From positions 562,314 through 626,313 of the forward strand of contig NW_015162489.1 in the NCBI RefSeq assembly GCF_001447785.1: a stretch of DNA of 64,000 bases, given 5' to 3'. Shown here in pieces: positions 11,815-25,239 of this stretch (its first letter is position 1; each line of letters opens with the position of its first letter). The notes beneath the pieces are model-generated. The model was not told the origin of the DNA, searched no databases, and worked only from the letters and a program-made list of their open reading frames with translations. Source of the DNA: Gekko japonicus. Its lineage: Eukaryota. The position numbers and the translations under genes were made by a program.

Positions 11815-12392
11815 CAGTGTTTCCCATCCTGTGGGATGGGCTCCAGAAGTTGGCTGCAAAACCTCTGAAACTGGGTCATGGGCCAGCCCTCCCCAATGGC
11901 CACCTCTGTCCTTTCCATGGCTCTGTTTTGTATTCTGGAGACCAAGATCTGACCCTGGAAGCAGTTACCTTCCACGTCATACATTAGTTGGTATTTTTTT
12001 TCTTCTGCATGTACATGTTGAAAAGTAAAACATGTCCTGATAGTTATTAGAGTGAGTTTCTTAGAACCTGTGGGAAGATTAGAAGGAGTAAAAGAGAAGG
12101 AAAGGGTGAGCAAAGACTGGAATGTGACTTATGGTAACATATGACAAGGCTGTGTCATGTTGGAATGCCGCTTGCTTCATGTACATAGTGGGGGCAGCTG
12201 CACCCTTTGTGCAATGTTTGTTGGTTTCTCCAAAACATCTGGTTAGCCACTGTAGATAATGGAATGCTGAATGAGATGGATGCCAAGGTTTTCCTAAGGT
12301 GCCGAGAAACCTTGGGCAAGGCTGGGATGGGTCACCATACCAAGTAAATTTGGACTTGTGGGTCACCATACTGAAAAAGTTGGGAACCATTG
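11815..12392. mobile_element. Old hAT-Charlie-like non-autonomous element
   Basis: cagtgtttccca/tgggaaccattg termini; TSD gtctaaac/atctaaac (7/8). Confidence 0.65.
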
Positions 12393-13417
12393 ATCTAAAC
12401 ATGACAGAAGCCTGCACAGGAGGCCTCTGCTTAAGGACAGGGAATGTCAGTGACTTTATTCCTATTCCATAGACAGTGGCAGCAAAAGTGCAAGCAGCGT
12501 GGTCAGGCTCTTCCATAGTACCTCCTAGCAGTAAGTCTTCACAGTTCTGGAACAGCCCGTATTAGATACTGCTGGGGCACTAGGTAGAAAATTTAACCTT
12601 ACAGTGTGGAATTTGGAAACATTCTGCCTTAAAGAGGAAACTGCAGGCAAACTTTTTAGCCACACCTTGATAGAAAACTGGGAAGGGCAGAGGCCAAGTA
12701 AAATTACTTCAGCAGCGGATTAGGTCTTCTACCCATCTGTTAGTCCCCCCCGCCCCATTCCTTTCAAAGGGTACATATATGAGAAGCAAGCACACCGACA
12801 ACTCCCTCCCTGTGCTTTGAGGTCCCCTTGGTGGTTCTTTAGACCTTCACCAGTGGAATCTTACAAGTTTCTCTTCATGGAAGAGGAATGAGTTGTAAGG
12901 CTTCATTTTAGAGCGTGTCAGAGATTTCAAACACCTCCACCTGTGTGCTACCAAAAGGACTCATTCTTAAAGCACAGGACAAACTGGGATGTTTTATGTT
13001 AAAGGAAAAAAGATAGGGTCCCCCCACCCCGCCCACAGCATCTTCCCAAGGTGCGCCTGCAAGAAAGCCTCCCAGTTCCTAATTCACTGGTATAAAGTTT
13101 CTCATGCCACCACCAAACACATAAAACTGATTTAAGCCGCAGTTCACCTTTCCATCTGTGGACTACGGCATCTGTGCCAAGCCAGGGCTCCCAGTCAAGC
13201 ATCTACCACATTGATAGGATAGGCTGGTTATGGATGCTATACAGTTTGGTGATTTCCCATTCATTTAAGAGGTGCACCCAACCTCCTCCACACAGATATG
13301 CCTTTAGAAAAAGAAGTCTTTCAGACTTCCTTCTACACAGGAATTACATTCTTCCAAACTTCCTTGGCCTCTTACATCCATGGTCCCTACAAACCTCCCT
13401 GTCATCCTTGTACCAAC

Positions 13418-13762
13418 CTGTTCCTTGACCCGAGATATCCAGGTAAGTAGCAATAATCTCATTCTGGACTGGTGGAACTTCCTTGTTGTCTTTACAGCAA
13501 TGAAGAGTTCTCTAAGCACCAGGCCTTTCCCAACTGTTGAATGTGGTACGTGAACCTTGAGTTTTTCATCTCTGCCGATGTAGTCCATGACATCCACCAA
13601 TATTGTTTCTGGCTGTTCCGAGACACCAGCTGTCCCTTCTCCAGATCTTTGGTCGTTGACCGCCACTGGAATGCCGTAACGCCTCACGGAAAGGAGCACC
13701 ATGCTGATGAGAAGGAGGGCGACTCCCCAAATGGCACGGATGAGACACCACTGCCGATACAT
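13418..13762 (-). CDS. MFNG: Manic fringe beta-1,3-N-acetylglucosaminyltransferase, coding exon 1 (115 codons; signal-anchor, stem, start of catalytic domain)
   Basis: ATG at 13762; [29 protein letters not shown]...[30 protein letters not shown] carries the fringe FIAVKTT...TW.SR motif; donor CAG|gttggt, phase 0; lies next to CARD10 as in mammals. Confidence 0.95.
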
Positions 13763-15072
13763 GCGTCCCCGCTTCCACGCTGACCGCAAAGAGACCAACA
13801 CGCCTTTAAAACCCCTTCTTATTTCAATGTCTGCTGTGCAGATCCTGTTCTAGTACCTGTCGCTTCCTCCAGAGGGGAACAACAGAGTGAGCAGACAGGC
13901 AGAGGCCTGGCGAAAAAGTACTCACGGAATGCAAGAGGTGGGGACCCGAGTGGGACCTGAGGACTCAGATAAAAACACAGATTTCCCAAGAGGCCTGTCT
14001 CAGTCCCACCCCACCCGCACCTAAGGGTATGGGGAAGCCTCCAGGGTAGAGACACAGGAGCAAGGAGGACCTGATTTTCCAGATAGCAGAGGGCAGGTGA
14101 CAGACACTTGTAGGTAGCGGGTAAATGGATCTTGCAGTCTGAGCCTCGACTACCCAAAAATACATTGTTCTGATCCCCGTTTGAGGTCACAGACAATGAG
14201 CTCCAGTTGGCAGGGCAAAGATGCACAGCAAAAGTGCTTCAGGCAGAAGGTGACAGGGTTCCATGGGGTTGCTGTCACCAAGAAATTGCCTCTCTGTTCC
14301 AGGTGGATCGCCTAGTGCAAAACACGAGGCCGGCATCAAAGCAGCACTCAGGCTTGAGGCCATAGCAGGATCAGGGGAGAGCCAGGGCTGAACAGAGACC
14401 CGCTTTTCTCCATCCCCACCATCTGTCTGCTGGCCCCTTGCTTGTTTCTGCTCCGGCTGCAGAGACCAGACTCCACCCAGCCCCTTTTATGGGTATGGGG
14501 CTGGGCCAGTCCCTTCCGTCTTCAGGGAAATTCTCCACCTAACAGGCGTCTCTGCCTGCACTCTCCGCCGCTTCCCTCCGGCCAGCTTTGATGCTTTTGT
14601 CAGTTGGGCAAAAAGTACCCAGTTCAATTTCTCTCTAAAATAAAGTAGCAGGGCTATAGGAAACATTGATTTCAAGGGAGGATTGTTCATAAATAAGGGT
14701 GCCTAATTGAAAACCATCGAGAGCAAATTAGTTTGCCTGAACACCCAATTACCACAACTGTGTGCAGGCAATTAGGAAAGCAGAGGGGTTAGGTTTTCCC
14801 AACTCTGTCAGTTGCATGCAGAGTTAAACTGAGCTGGTATCTGTAAAAACAACACCCGCATACGGTCATTTCTCGGGAATAATGTCTGTTTCCCATACAT
14901 GGCAGGAAACCTGGGTAGGACACAGCCATTCCCGGCTCTGGGATGAGCAGACGACACTCAGCTAGATCTCATCCTAACAGCAGATCCCAGGGAGGCTGTG
15001 GAAACCGCACAGGTGAATGGAGGTATTTTTGGAATGCACGAGGGCTATACACTATAAGCTTAAACTCAGTCC

Positions 15073-15423
15073 TAAGGAAACGGTGGCTCAAGTGGTTAAG
15101 ACGCTGAACTGCAGGCTGTGGAAGGTCAGTAGTTCAGCAGTTCGAGACCAGAGTGTGCCGCATGACGGAGTGAGCTCCCGTCTCTAGTTTCAGCTCCTGC
15201 CAACCTAGCAGTTCGAAAGCAAGAAATTGCAAGTAGATAAATAGGTACCACTTCGGTGGGAAGGTAACAGTGTTCCATGCGCCTTGGTGTTTAGTCATGC
15301 CGGCCACATGACCACGGAAATGTCTTCGGACAGCACTGGCTCTTCGGCTTTGAAACGGAGATGAGCACCGCAACCCTAGAGTCGGACTCGACTGGCTTTC
15401 GAGCAAGGGAACCTTTACCTTTT
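15073..15423 (+). mobile_element. Sauria SINE, full length
   Basis: tRNA-like head ggtggctcaagtggttaag...gttcgagacc, core ctcctgccaacctagcagttcgaaagc, tail acctttacctttt. Confidence 0.9.
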
Positions 15424-15469
15424 AAGAAAACGGAGGTGCTACGGGGTGGGGGGGGGAGGCCTGACTCAG

Positions 15470-15660
15470 GAAATTAGTTATCTCCTGTTCTGAATGGAGT
15501 TGCACGTCCCCTAAAGGAACAGGTTTGTAGCTTGGGGACACTTCTGGACCCGGATAACCAGGTGGCAGCAGTGGCCAGGGGTGCCTCTCACCACCTTCAG
15601 CTGTTAAGCTCACTACGGCCCTTCCTGGGCAGGAAAGACCTTGTCACTGTGGTGCTGGCA
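15470..15660 (+). mobile_element. L2-clade LINE remnant
   Basis: LGTLLDP...QVAAVARGASHHLQLLSSLRPFLGRKDLVTVV parallels the L2 ORF at 59894-60358. Confidence 0.65.
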
Positions 15661-16371
15661 TTTTGTGTCTCTGTGCTTTTACCTCCGCTAGGTCAGAGGG
15701 TCTGGAGATTTGAACCCGGTTCTCCCAGGAACCCTAGCAGATGTGCAGCTTGGACAACAAAAGGCAATCCTGGCAGGTGAGCCCTGGCACAGCTTAATGG
15801 CTTATGCCTTATGGTCTGATCTAACAGGAATTCCCTGGTTCAAGGTGCGCCTCAGGCAGGAACTGTCCAGGTGGCCTTAGGAAGCCGCACACTTTCTCCT
15901 GACTTCAGACTGCCTTATTTGTAGCATGGGGACAGTAATGCTGACCTAACTCACAGAGTTGTATGAAGGATTAATCACAAAACATTGCATGTGATGCCCT
16001 TTGCACATTTGGAAGTGCAATACAAATGCTAAGTCTTGTTCTTATCTGCTGCAAAGAAGGAACAGTGACAGATTCCCCCCCCCCCCAACAGAAAATGCCT
16101 GGAATAAATACAGGCTGCTGAAGCATCCAGGGACCCAAGGGCACACATCAGTGTCCTCTGTGATGCTGCAAGGGATTGAGGGGTGCAGCTGTTGGATCAC
16201 ACTGTGCTCCACGCATGCCTCCAAATAGATTTCCTCTGCTGAAATCACTTGCCTTGCTAATGCATTGGGGACAGACCTGCGACATACAGCTTCCTTAACC
16301 CCCTTCTTGTGTGACTGTGTGATGTCAAGAAAAGTCAGCGAGGTAGCGCATTGGGAGGGATGCCAGATCGG

Positions 16372-16590
16372 TAGGGTTGCCAGGTCTTGGTTGGAAAATA
16401 CCTGGAGACTTTGGGGGTGGATGCAGGAAAAGGCAGGGTTTGGGGAGGGGAGGGGCCTGGGCATGGTACAATGCCATAGAGTCCACCCTTCCAAGCAGCC
16501 ATTTTCTCCAGGGGAGCTGATTTCTGTCAGCTGGAGATCAGTTGTAAAAGCGGGAGATCCCCAGGCCCCGCCTGGAGGCTGGCAACCCTA
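16372..16590. mobile_element. Intact TAGGGTTGCCA-family hAT MITE (219 bp)
   Basis: TIRs tagggttgcca/tggcaacccta; perfect 8-bp TSD cagatcgg; related copies or fragments at ~6617, 6825, 19705, 22971, 32200, 43465, 56202, 62235, 63181, 63843. Confidence 0.92.
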
Positions 16591-19500
16591 CAGATCGGAC
16601 TCCACAGCAAAAGTGTATCCCAAACAGACGGCTCTTTGACTCCCTCCCACGGCAAAAGGAGAGCTCCCCAAATTCGCCCCATGCAGGGCTCCCAACAAGG
16701 AGCTCAGGATTCTTTGGCAGCAGGCTGCCAAGTCAGGATTTCAAAAAGAAAGTGCCCTGAGATGTCCTAAACGGGGTTGTGTTCTGAAATAGCATTATGG
16801 GAACATTCTATGGCTAGAGGTTCCTGGTGCTGCAATGTCCTGCAATGGGGGCCGATCCTTTAAAAGACGAGACATCTGGCGATCATGGACTGGTGAGGGA
16901 AGAGAGTGCAAATACTAGCTACACTATCCTGAGTAGCGTGCACACAAACAGGCATATTTCCTCTTTCACATCAGTATCCCTCACAGACCAGCTACTGGAA
17001 GCCGATCTCCTCCCGCCCTTTTGAGAAGTGAAACCAGCTCTCTCTTCCCCTTCCTCCCCTGTACAGACCTTCCCATAAGGAACACAGTCATTCCTTCCAA
17101 GTAGCCTGTGTCGCTCCAAGCTTTATGTGCATCTCCCCCCCCCCCCCGTTGCATGCTTTGATGAGCAGTGACCTAATTAAAAACATTGCCTTTTAGAATA
17201 TCACCAATAGCATCTGAAGGGGGGAAAACATACATTTTGTCTTTTGACCCAGATTTCGAGACTCTCTTCTCAGCTTGAAATTCCCTTTCGGCTTCCTCAG
17301 CTGCAATAGTACCCAACCGTGCAATTTTGCCCATCCATCAAGTTTGGTTCGTAGCCCCTCCATGACTTATCCCTTGTTGGTTCTCTGTCTGAGCTCACAG
17401 CCTCCAGGAATTTTGCTTTGGCCTCATCCTCAGGACAGCTGACTGCTCCCTGAAGTCCCTTGCTACTGTGCCAAACCAAAACCTCTGGAAAGGAGAAGGA
17501 ATGAACATCCCGCCACCTCACTGTACCTCCATCCTTAAATTGCTACGTGAAGGAGACCAACTTGGTAGGGGACTTCTGGGCAACAAGGGGAAGTGTGGGC
17601 AACTTACAAATAACTCTCATGAGCTACACAGTATCATCAATCATTTGTTATTTATTTAGTCCCCCTGTTTTTCTCGCGAATGGGGACCCAAAGCAGCTTA
17701 CAACAGAGCTTCTCCCTTCTCACAACAACCACGCTGGGAGGTAGGTTAGGCTGAGAGAGAGTGATTGGCCCAAGGCCACTCAGTGATCTTCCATGGCACA
17801 GTAGGGATTTGAACCTGGGTCTTTCAGATCCAAGTCCAACTATTACCTCACCTCAGAGCAAGGAAGCCTTTGATATGTGATAATATAAACACTGCTGCTA
17901 AGCTGGGCAAGCATTTTGCCCCTCTCTTCAATAATAACCCTCTCAACTTCAGCGTCTGTCAGTTCACCACTAGCTACATTCCCCCTGAGATTCGCCTCCT
18001 GTCTGAGGTCAGCAGTCAACTACTAGTTAACAGTGAGTGCACCACACCGGCAGCCCGATTCTTATGTTGAAAAACTCATATTTCCTTTTACAAAGCAAGT
18101 TTCTAGCCCTTGTTGCCGCAAATAGATATGGAGGAGCCTGAACATCGTCTGCTGAAATCTCAGAAGCGGGGGGGGGGGGGGGGAATAAGCTTTTCAGCGA
18201 TTGCAGAGGATGCTTCAATCCTTGTACCCTTTTCTTGCCCTACCACAGAACTAGTTCGGAGAGAGAAAGAGAGATAAATTATGCAAAAGAGTAAAAGTGG
18301 CAGCATAAATTATGCAAAACAACAGAAATTATGCACATTTGCTCTATTTGCCTAACTTAACATAAGTTGCAGAAATAAGCACTTCTTGGTGCAGAATTTG
18401 AGGTACTTTTAGCACAAGACTCACACCGTTCTGCCTTTATCTCCCCCCACTTACCCCAATGTTTGCAATTAATCCAACAAAACCCCTCCCAACCTTCCAT
18501 TCTAGCCTTGGCTGAATCGTCCTCTGAAGGCACCGCATTCTGTCTGTCCCAGATCTTTCCAAAGTACTGAGAACTCCAGGCAGCTTCCTGTCTCTTCAAG
18601 CATTCCCCTGATACTTATTATTTTATTATTTTTATTTTTAGATTCCCTTTGAACATCAGCATGCTCTTTCACTGACTGATTGGGAACACTGGTGCTGAAT
18701 TTGCCCTAGGTCCAGAGATTGCTAACCTGCTAGGTACCTGAGGCCTTCCTTGGCCCAGTAAGCTTCACCCTTGCAAAGACCTTTTACCCAAAGCACCCAA
18801 AACCCAAGCACTGAATTCATGAAGCTAGCAACTGATCCTTGGGCATGCTCTGAAGGCACAAAGGAGCTGGGAAGTGAATATCAAGGGCTCTCTGAGGCTT
18901 CCCGTGGAGACAGGGGACTCCCTGAACGACATGGAACCAAACTGTAATTTAATGACGCCCCCTCAGCCTTGCCAGAGGCATCCTGGGATGCTGAGCACAT
19001 AGCAGGGAGTCCCTTCCTCCAGCAGTCTTTGCTGCTGGATGATGCGTTGGAACTGGCTCTGAGCCAGCCGACTGCTCCAGACAGCTATCAATGTTACTCC
19101 ACTGCTAATTGAGCTCTTCTGCCCTCTGTTTGATTTACAGACTGTAAGCCTGTGGGCCTGGCCATTTGTTTTATGGTTCATTATTGATTGTACAACACCT
19201 GGTTGTTTGGGTGCTAAATGAATTATTGTTTTTTATTACACCTCAACATAAAAATCAGTCGGACTTGTTGTCCGCTCTGCGCTGCCTCGGCAATTGCCCA
19301 GACTGCCTGCTGCAGTCACCTGCCTTTGCAAGCTTCTGCAAGGCCTCCAAGGCTGTGTACAAGGGTCCAGGGAGAGTATTCTGTGGTCTGGGTCCCACCA
19401 CAGAAAAGGCCATGGCTCCAGTACCCATCCATCTAATTTCTGAAGGCCTCCACAAGAGATCTTTTTTTTTTTTGCTGAGGCACTGTTATTTTCTCTTCAT

Positions 19501-22500
19501 AGATAGTCTGTAAAAATTGTGAATAGAATTCTTCAGGAGACCCTCAAAATGTATATAGGGCTATGTACTGCGGTCTAGTACCTACCGTACCAGGGTCAGG
19601 CTGTCAACTGTAGTGGGGTGAAAGACTGAAGTGCCAGAGGGCCCCCGAAATACCTGAAAGCGTAGGGGCCTGGCCATGGATTAATATGGCCCTGACCTCA
19701 GCCAGGTATAATGCCACAGATTTCCCCTTCCAAAGCAGCCATTTTCTCCAGAGGAACTTGATAATCGGGAGAGCAATTGTAATAGTGGGCGGTCTCCAGG
19801 TACCTAGAGGCTGGCAACTTTACAGTTAAGATAATATGGAAACAAGCTGTTCCTTCAGGGTGTATGAGTCCCCTAGCCTCTTAAATTCTCCTGTGGAGTA
19901 CCTGCTTAGAATCCCCATGATGCAGGAACTGGAAGGAGCAAGACCTTTGCAGCTGTATCCCTGCTGTTCTGATGCCCGTCTGCCAGAGTTTACCCCTGAG
20001 AACTTTTAGTAATTCCTTTCTCGCTGGGCTTTTAACAGGTTCATTTGGTGCTTCTCCGGGCTGCATCGTCTAGTCAACGTCGAGACGTTTTGACTGCTTT
20101 GAGGGTTTCTACTACTATTTCTTAGCCACCTATGGTGATAGAGAAGGGAAGGGATACACACTTTTAAATAAATGAATAACGATTAAGTGCTGTTTCTGCT
20201 CTGCCAACTGAGGCATTGAGAATAAAGCATTCAAGGACAGCCAAGAGCATCCGTAATGGAGGCGAACACCAGGGACGCTGGTATCTGTCCTCGCCAAAAG
20301 CATTGCTGCAGCATCCCAATGTATTGGGAGCCCTGGCCAGAAGGAGCTCCGCAGCTCTGTGTCTCAGGACAATGCAAGCTGTACTATCATCCAAGATAAT
20401 AAACTCTTAAAGATGAAATCAAGTCTTCATTGGGAAGAACACCTGTATCTTTTGCAGCCCAGTGTAAATGTGGAATTCATTGAAATTAGAATCGTCGGTA
20501 AGGGCACAGCAAAGAAGAATTACAAGTCATGGGTAGGGCCGGTTCAGCTAGAATTGTACGCTATTGAGATATCGTCAGAGGTCCAGGATGACCTGCAGAA
20601 ACAAAAAATCCAGCTATATAGCGCAAGATGGTCTTAGTGATTCTGGGGCGCTGAAGAAAAGTCCAGGAAGGGGCCTAGGTTTGCCAGCAGGAGGTTGGCA
20701 ACCAGTGGGAGACTCACCTCCCAAAATGGGGCCCTGCACTTTGAGTTGTGACCAGAGGGATGCCAGTGCATCACAGACTCTACCGTTTAACCAAAGGGTT
20801 TTGCTAGAGTGTCACCACTGGCACACTGATGTCACTTCCTGTTGTGCTGGATGCTGGCACCCACCCCAATTTTCTCCTGCCACCCTGGAGCACGCCTGAG
20901 GGCCCGTTTAGACCGGAAATTCTTCAGTCCTGCCACCAGCAGGCACATCTCACATTCCTTTTCTACAGCGGCCGTAGTTTCCCTGTACTTGTCACAAAGG
21001 GATTCTGTGATGGAGAATACCACACTGCAGCCCTCACAAGAGCCTTGTTTCTTTGAACAGCTCTGCCACTCCAAAGGAAGATGCAGCTGCAGGTTCTTCC
21101 ACTCCGCACACCTCCAGTTCGGTTACTTAGCCTCCCCCTCCCTCCCTAGCAGCATACTTTGGGGAAACAGCCCAGTTTGGGATTTTTTGATAGGATGGGA
21201 GGAGGGTGATGGGACAGCTGGGAGAAGTGGGGTGGGAACATTCAGCTCTAGGGGGTTGTGGACAAGCCAGAACAGTTCTCAGGGTTTTGAGCTAGACAAC
21301 CCTCTGATGAAAATCCAAGAACCTCTGGAGCATGACTTGCCAGGCAAAACTGGAGAAGATGATGGAGATGGTGGGTTTGTAGCTGTGCAGGAACTCTGGA
21401 TGCAAATTACAGCATTAATCTTTGCGGGTTTCTTTGGAGGGCTCAGTCCTTCAGGTTTGGACATTGTGCTTGCGTTCCTTTTGGGCTCATTTCTGTGTAT
21501 CTGTCCATGCTGATGCTTCATGGTTTTATGTCAGCTGTTATGATTTTGTGAGCTGCCTCAAGCAGGTATCTTAGAGAGGGAGTGTCTAAATTTCCATAGG
21601 AAATGTTAAATAACACTACAATTGCTGAGCCTGGACACTGAGATTAAAAAGTCCAAGGTGTCTGGTGTAAAAAGTTATCCTTCTGCAAAGGCTTGGCTTG
21701 ACAGAGATCTGATTGATGTCCATTATACAGCTGGGGTGGGTGGATGACTGAGGCACAAGGCAGTGATATGTTGTGAGAAGGCTATATGGGGGGAAAATCC
21801 TGGTCTTCAATTTCTCACTGCAAGGGTCTGATTGTGCTACTACTCTCACCAAAGTCTATTTCCACATACATTTTGGCTGCCCACATTGTTTTTCATGGGC
21901 CGCAGTGGACACTTCTGCTTTCCTATTTTCCCGATCCCTTTTGAGTCCGCTGTGGTGCTCTGGGGGAAAAATCTTGGGTAAAATATTAACCCTCTGGGTC
22001 CTTTAGCCTCCTGGGGACAAGGACAGTCATGGGTGGCTGGCAGGAAGAATGCTATTTGCATCCGCAAGCAGCTATTACTGGCCATAAATACCTTGTATAA
22101 GTAGTGTAAAGGACAATTTAAAGAACGTGCCCTCAGGGTGAGGGTGCAGCGAAGCCATCAGGGTGCCTGTATAGTAAGGAGAAGGGCGTGTAAAGGCTGG
22201 ACAGAGCTTCTGGGGAGGGGTTTTCGAGCCCCTTCACCAGCCGCATCCTTGCCAGGGAAGAGAGTTTCTGATGTTTTATATATTCAAGAATCATGGCACC
22301 TGGTGGTTGCGCAGTTATAGGGGTTTGAGTGTCAGACAGAGATTTGGGAGGCCCAGGTTCAAATCCTCCCTCTGCAACGAACCTGAGCCAGTCACACTGT
22401 CAGTCTTAACCTCCCTCACAGGGTATGTTTCGAGGATCAGATGGACGAGTAGCAAATGACGTCGGGGGTAGGGGGATTTGTGGCTATACCCTTTTCCTTC

Positions 22501-25239
22501 TTGGAGGAAAGGTGGGATAGAAATGAAATAGATTTGTGCGGGGTGCATTTCTTCCTTTCTGAAGGAGACACTTCCCTCACTGGGCCAGAGGCCATGTGCT
22601 TGGGTCTAGAATCTGATGTGCCTAAGAGGCAGCCCCCCCCTGGGTGAATCGCTGGCTAAGAGGTAAGTGGGGACCAGATAGCAGGAAGCTGCTTGACATG
22701 GGGAGAGGGAGAGGCCTGAATTCTGCTCTGAGCTCTTTGTCAATATAGCTGTGTCTGGGAGGCCACTATCCACGTCTTGTCAAATTCATTCAGTGGGATC
22801 ATGGCACCACTGCTCACCTCAGATCTCCACGTGACAGTCCTGTTCACATTCCCATTTCACAGCATATACATGCATGCTACAAATGCTGTTCCTGGAGGTA
22901 TGCATCATGGTAGCACATGCTTCTTTACACTGTCACGGGGTGGTCTTAGCTGGCCCAGGCTCCATACTGGGTAGGGTTGCCAATCTCCAGGTGGTGCCTG
23001 GAAATCTCCCACCATTACATTACAGTGTGGTATTCTTCAGTACAGAATCCCTTTCTGACAAGTGCAGGGAAACTATGGCCACTGGAGAAAAAGAATGTGA
23101 TTTTTAAAAAATCACTTTCTATTTGAAAACCTATAATGTTGAAACCTCACTGAAAGTGTGAAGCCACTGTTTTCTCAAAAGCAAAAGCTGCCTTTCCTCT
23201 CCAATAAAAATAACCAATAGAAATACGGGGAAAGTCCCTGCAGGCTTGAGGAATCCCAGATGAAATATTCCTTTTTACACAGTCCTTCAAGCACTGGATA
23301 TTTTAACATCATGGCTTGTTTTTTTTCATGATCCCTTCTGAGGAACATTGGCAGGAAATGGCACGGTAAGGCCACGCCTGGAAATGCAGGGTGCGGGATG
23401 ATTTGGAAATCTTATCCATTCACTAACACTCTCTCTCACACACAGTGGCTTCCTCTCCAGCATTCTATAAACTGTCCAGGGCCTGAGTTTGCTAATCCCC
23501 GCCTGGAAGGGAGGGGGGTGGAATTCTGTAACTCTCAAATATTCCATGTCTCCTGGAGCACATTCCAGCCAGTCCTCAATCAGGCCACGGTTTCTTTTGT
23601 TTCCTTCTCTTTTCACAACATTTACAAACATATTTTTTTAACATTCCCAGTGAGGCCCCCTGCCTAATCTGTGGGTGGCCTTTGTTTTCATGATAATAAT
23701 AAGAGCTAGCCACTTTATTACAACTTTAACTTGGGGGGGGGGGAATAAAGAATCACAGGAAGAAGTCTGAAAGTTTCCCTCCTTCCTTTTTTAATGCACC
23801 CAAACCACGCTGCGGTTTTGGGCCCCCCCCCCCCCGTAGGGTTTTCCAGGCACGAGATATTCAGGGGTCGTTTGCCAGTGCCTGCTTCCCTGGTATTCTT
23901 TGGGCATCTCCCATTCAAACACTAGCCAGGACCAGCCCTGCTTAGCTTCCTAGCATGGCCTATCCAAGCAGGATTCTATAAACCCTCAAGGGCTTGAGCA
24001 GTTTACTTTCCCCCCTTGCTGCACCCTCACTTAATCAATTCCGAAGTGCTCTCAATTCTCCAGGGTTCCTGGGTATCCTCCATTCTTAGCAGGCCGAAGG
24101 GCTTCGTTCTTTGGGTCAATTTAAAAAGCCACACTATTTTCCCATACCCGGGAAGGCCCCTAATTAGAGACTCCTATCGCATACATGGACTGAAGCTTCA
24201 CCTCTTCCTGTTCTCCCACTTCCTCAAAAGAGTGGAAAGAGGATAGGAGCTGTCTCTGGCGCCTATTCATGTGCTCCAAATCACACCCTGCAGTGCATGC
24301 GGCTTGGACAACATCAGAAGCCACCAAAACTAGTGCTAAGTGGAAGCAACAGAAGAGTTCCCACTTGCCATCTGCTTAACCTACGCACCATGGAGGCCTG
24401 GCACAGGACGTCCGTTCAAAGCCATTTGACATACTGGTTCATTTTTAGGGTCAACACCTCCCTGGCTTTCTATCACCACAGTTGGCAGGAAGGCTTGGCT
24501 GCTGAGACAGAATGTGTTCCAACTCCAATTTGCATATCCCACTCTTATGAAATGACATTAATATCAGCAAACTATCCGTAGCTCTCAAGACCGTGATGGT
24601 TTCCTTTGCCAAAGACATTCAGCATCCCATGAGAGGCATCAGGCCCCTAAAATCAACAGAATGTTAGGTTCGTGAGCTGACCGCTTCGGAAGCTTATACC
24701 CTTTCCAGAGTGCTTTGCAGAAGGCAAGCCAAAAGCCCAGCTGTCTGCCACAAGCCAGCTTGGATGTTTGATTTCTGCTGGCCAGCTCTCTTTCTCACTT
24801 CATCTCCTTCCCAAGGTGCAAGAGGAAAGAGCAAGACAGAGAACAAAGGACTGAATTTCTTCATCTGTAGGGGGTGCGCAATGAGTCACTCTGCTGAGTG
24901 GACAACCTGGTAGTTGACTTTCAAGTGGCTGCTCCGGGCAGTGGTGTGCCTAGTTTATTTGGTGCCCAGGGCGGATAATTTTTTAACACTCCCCTCTATT
25001 TTTTTTTGTTAAGTCACAGCTAACGTATGGCGACCCCTAACTTTTACTAACACTAGCCAAAGCACCACAAAATAGTGATTGCAAGTTTCACCAGACTGAA
25101 TGTTAAGAACACAATATTTCCCAAAGAAGGTGTCCCCATCTTCCATTGTTTCCAAAGGATTAAAAGTCAAACCAGAGAATCTCTGCAGTAGAAACTGAAG
25201 GGGTGCATTTTGCGAGCTATTCAATAATAATAATACCAT

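Noticed and set aside
13926-13956. Possible MFNG 5' UTR exon (cag|...|gtgagt)
   Set aside because: The nearest plausible downstream acceptor would leave an intron of only ~60 nt; unsupported without transcripts
20359-20637. 92-aa ORF / possible processed pseudogene or intergenic exon
   Set aside because: No recognisable homology; a minus-strand acceptor-like site at ~20593 is followed by stops and is not enough to call
20842-21513. 223-aa plus-strand ORF
   Set aside because: Non-ATG start, no recognisable domain, runs through repeat remnants
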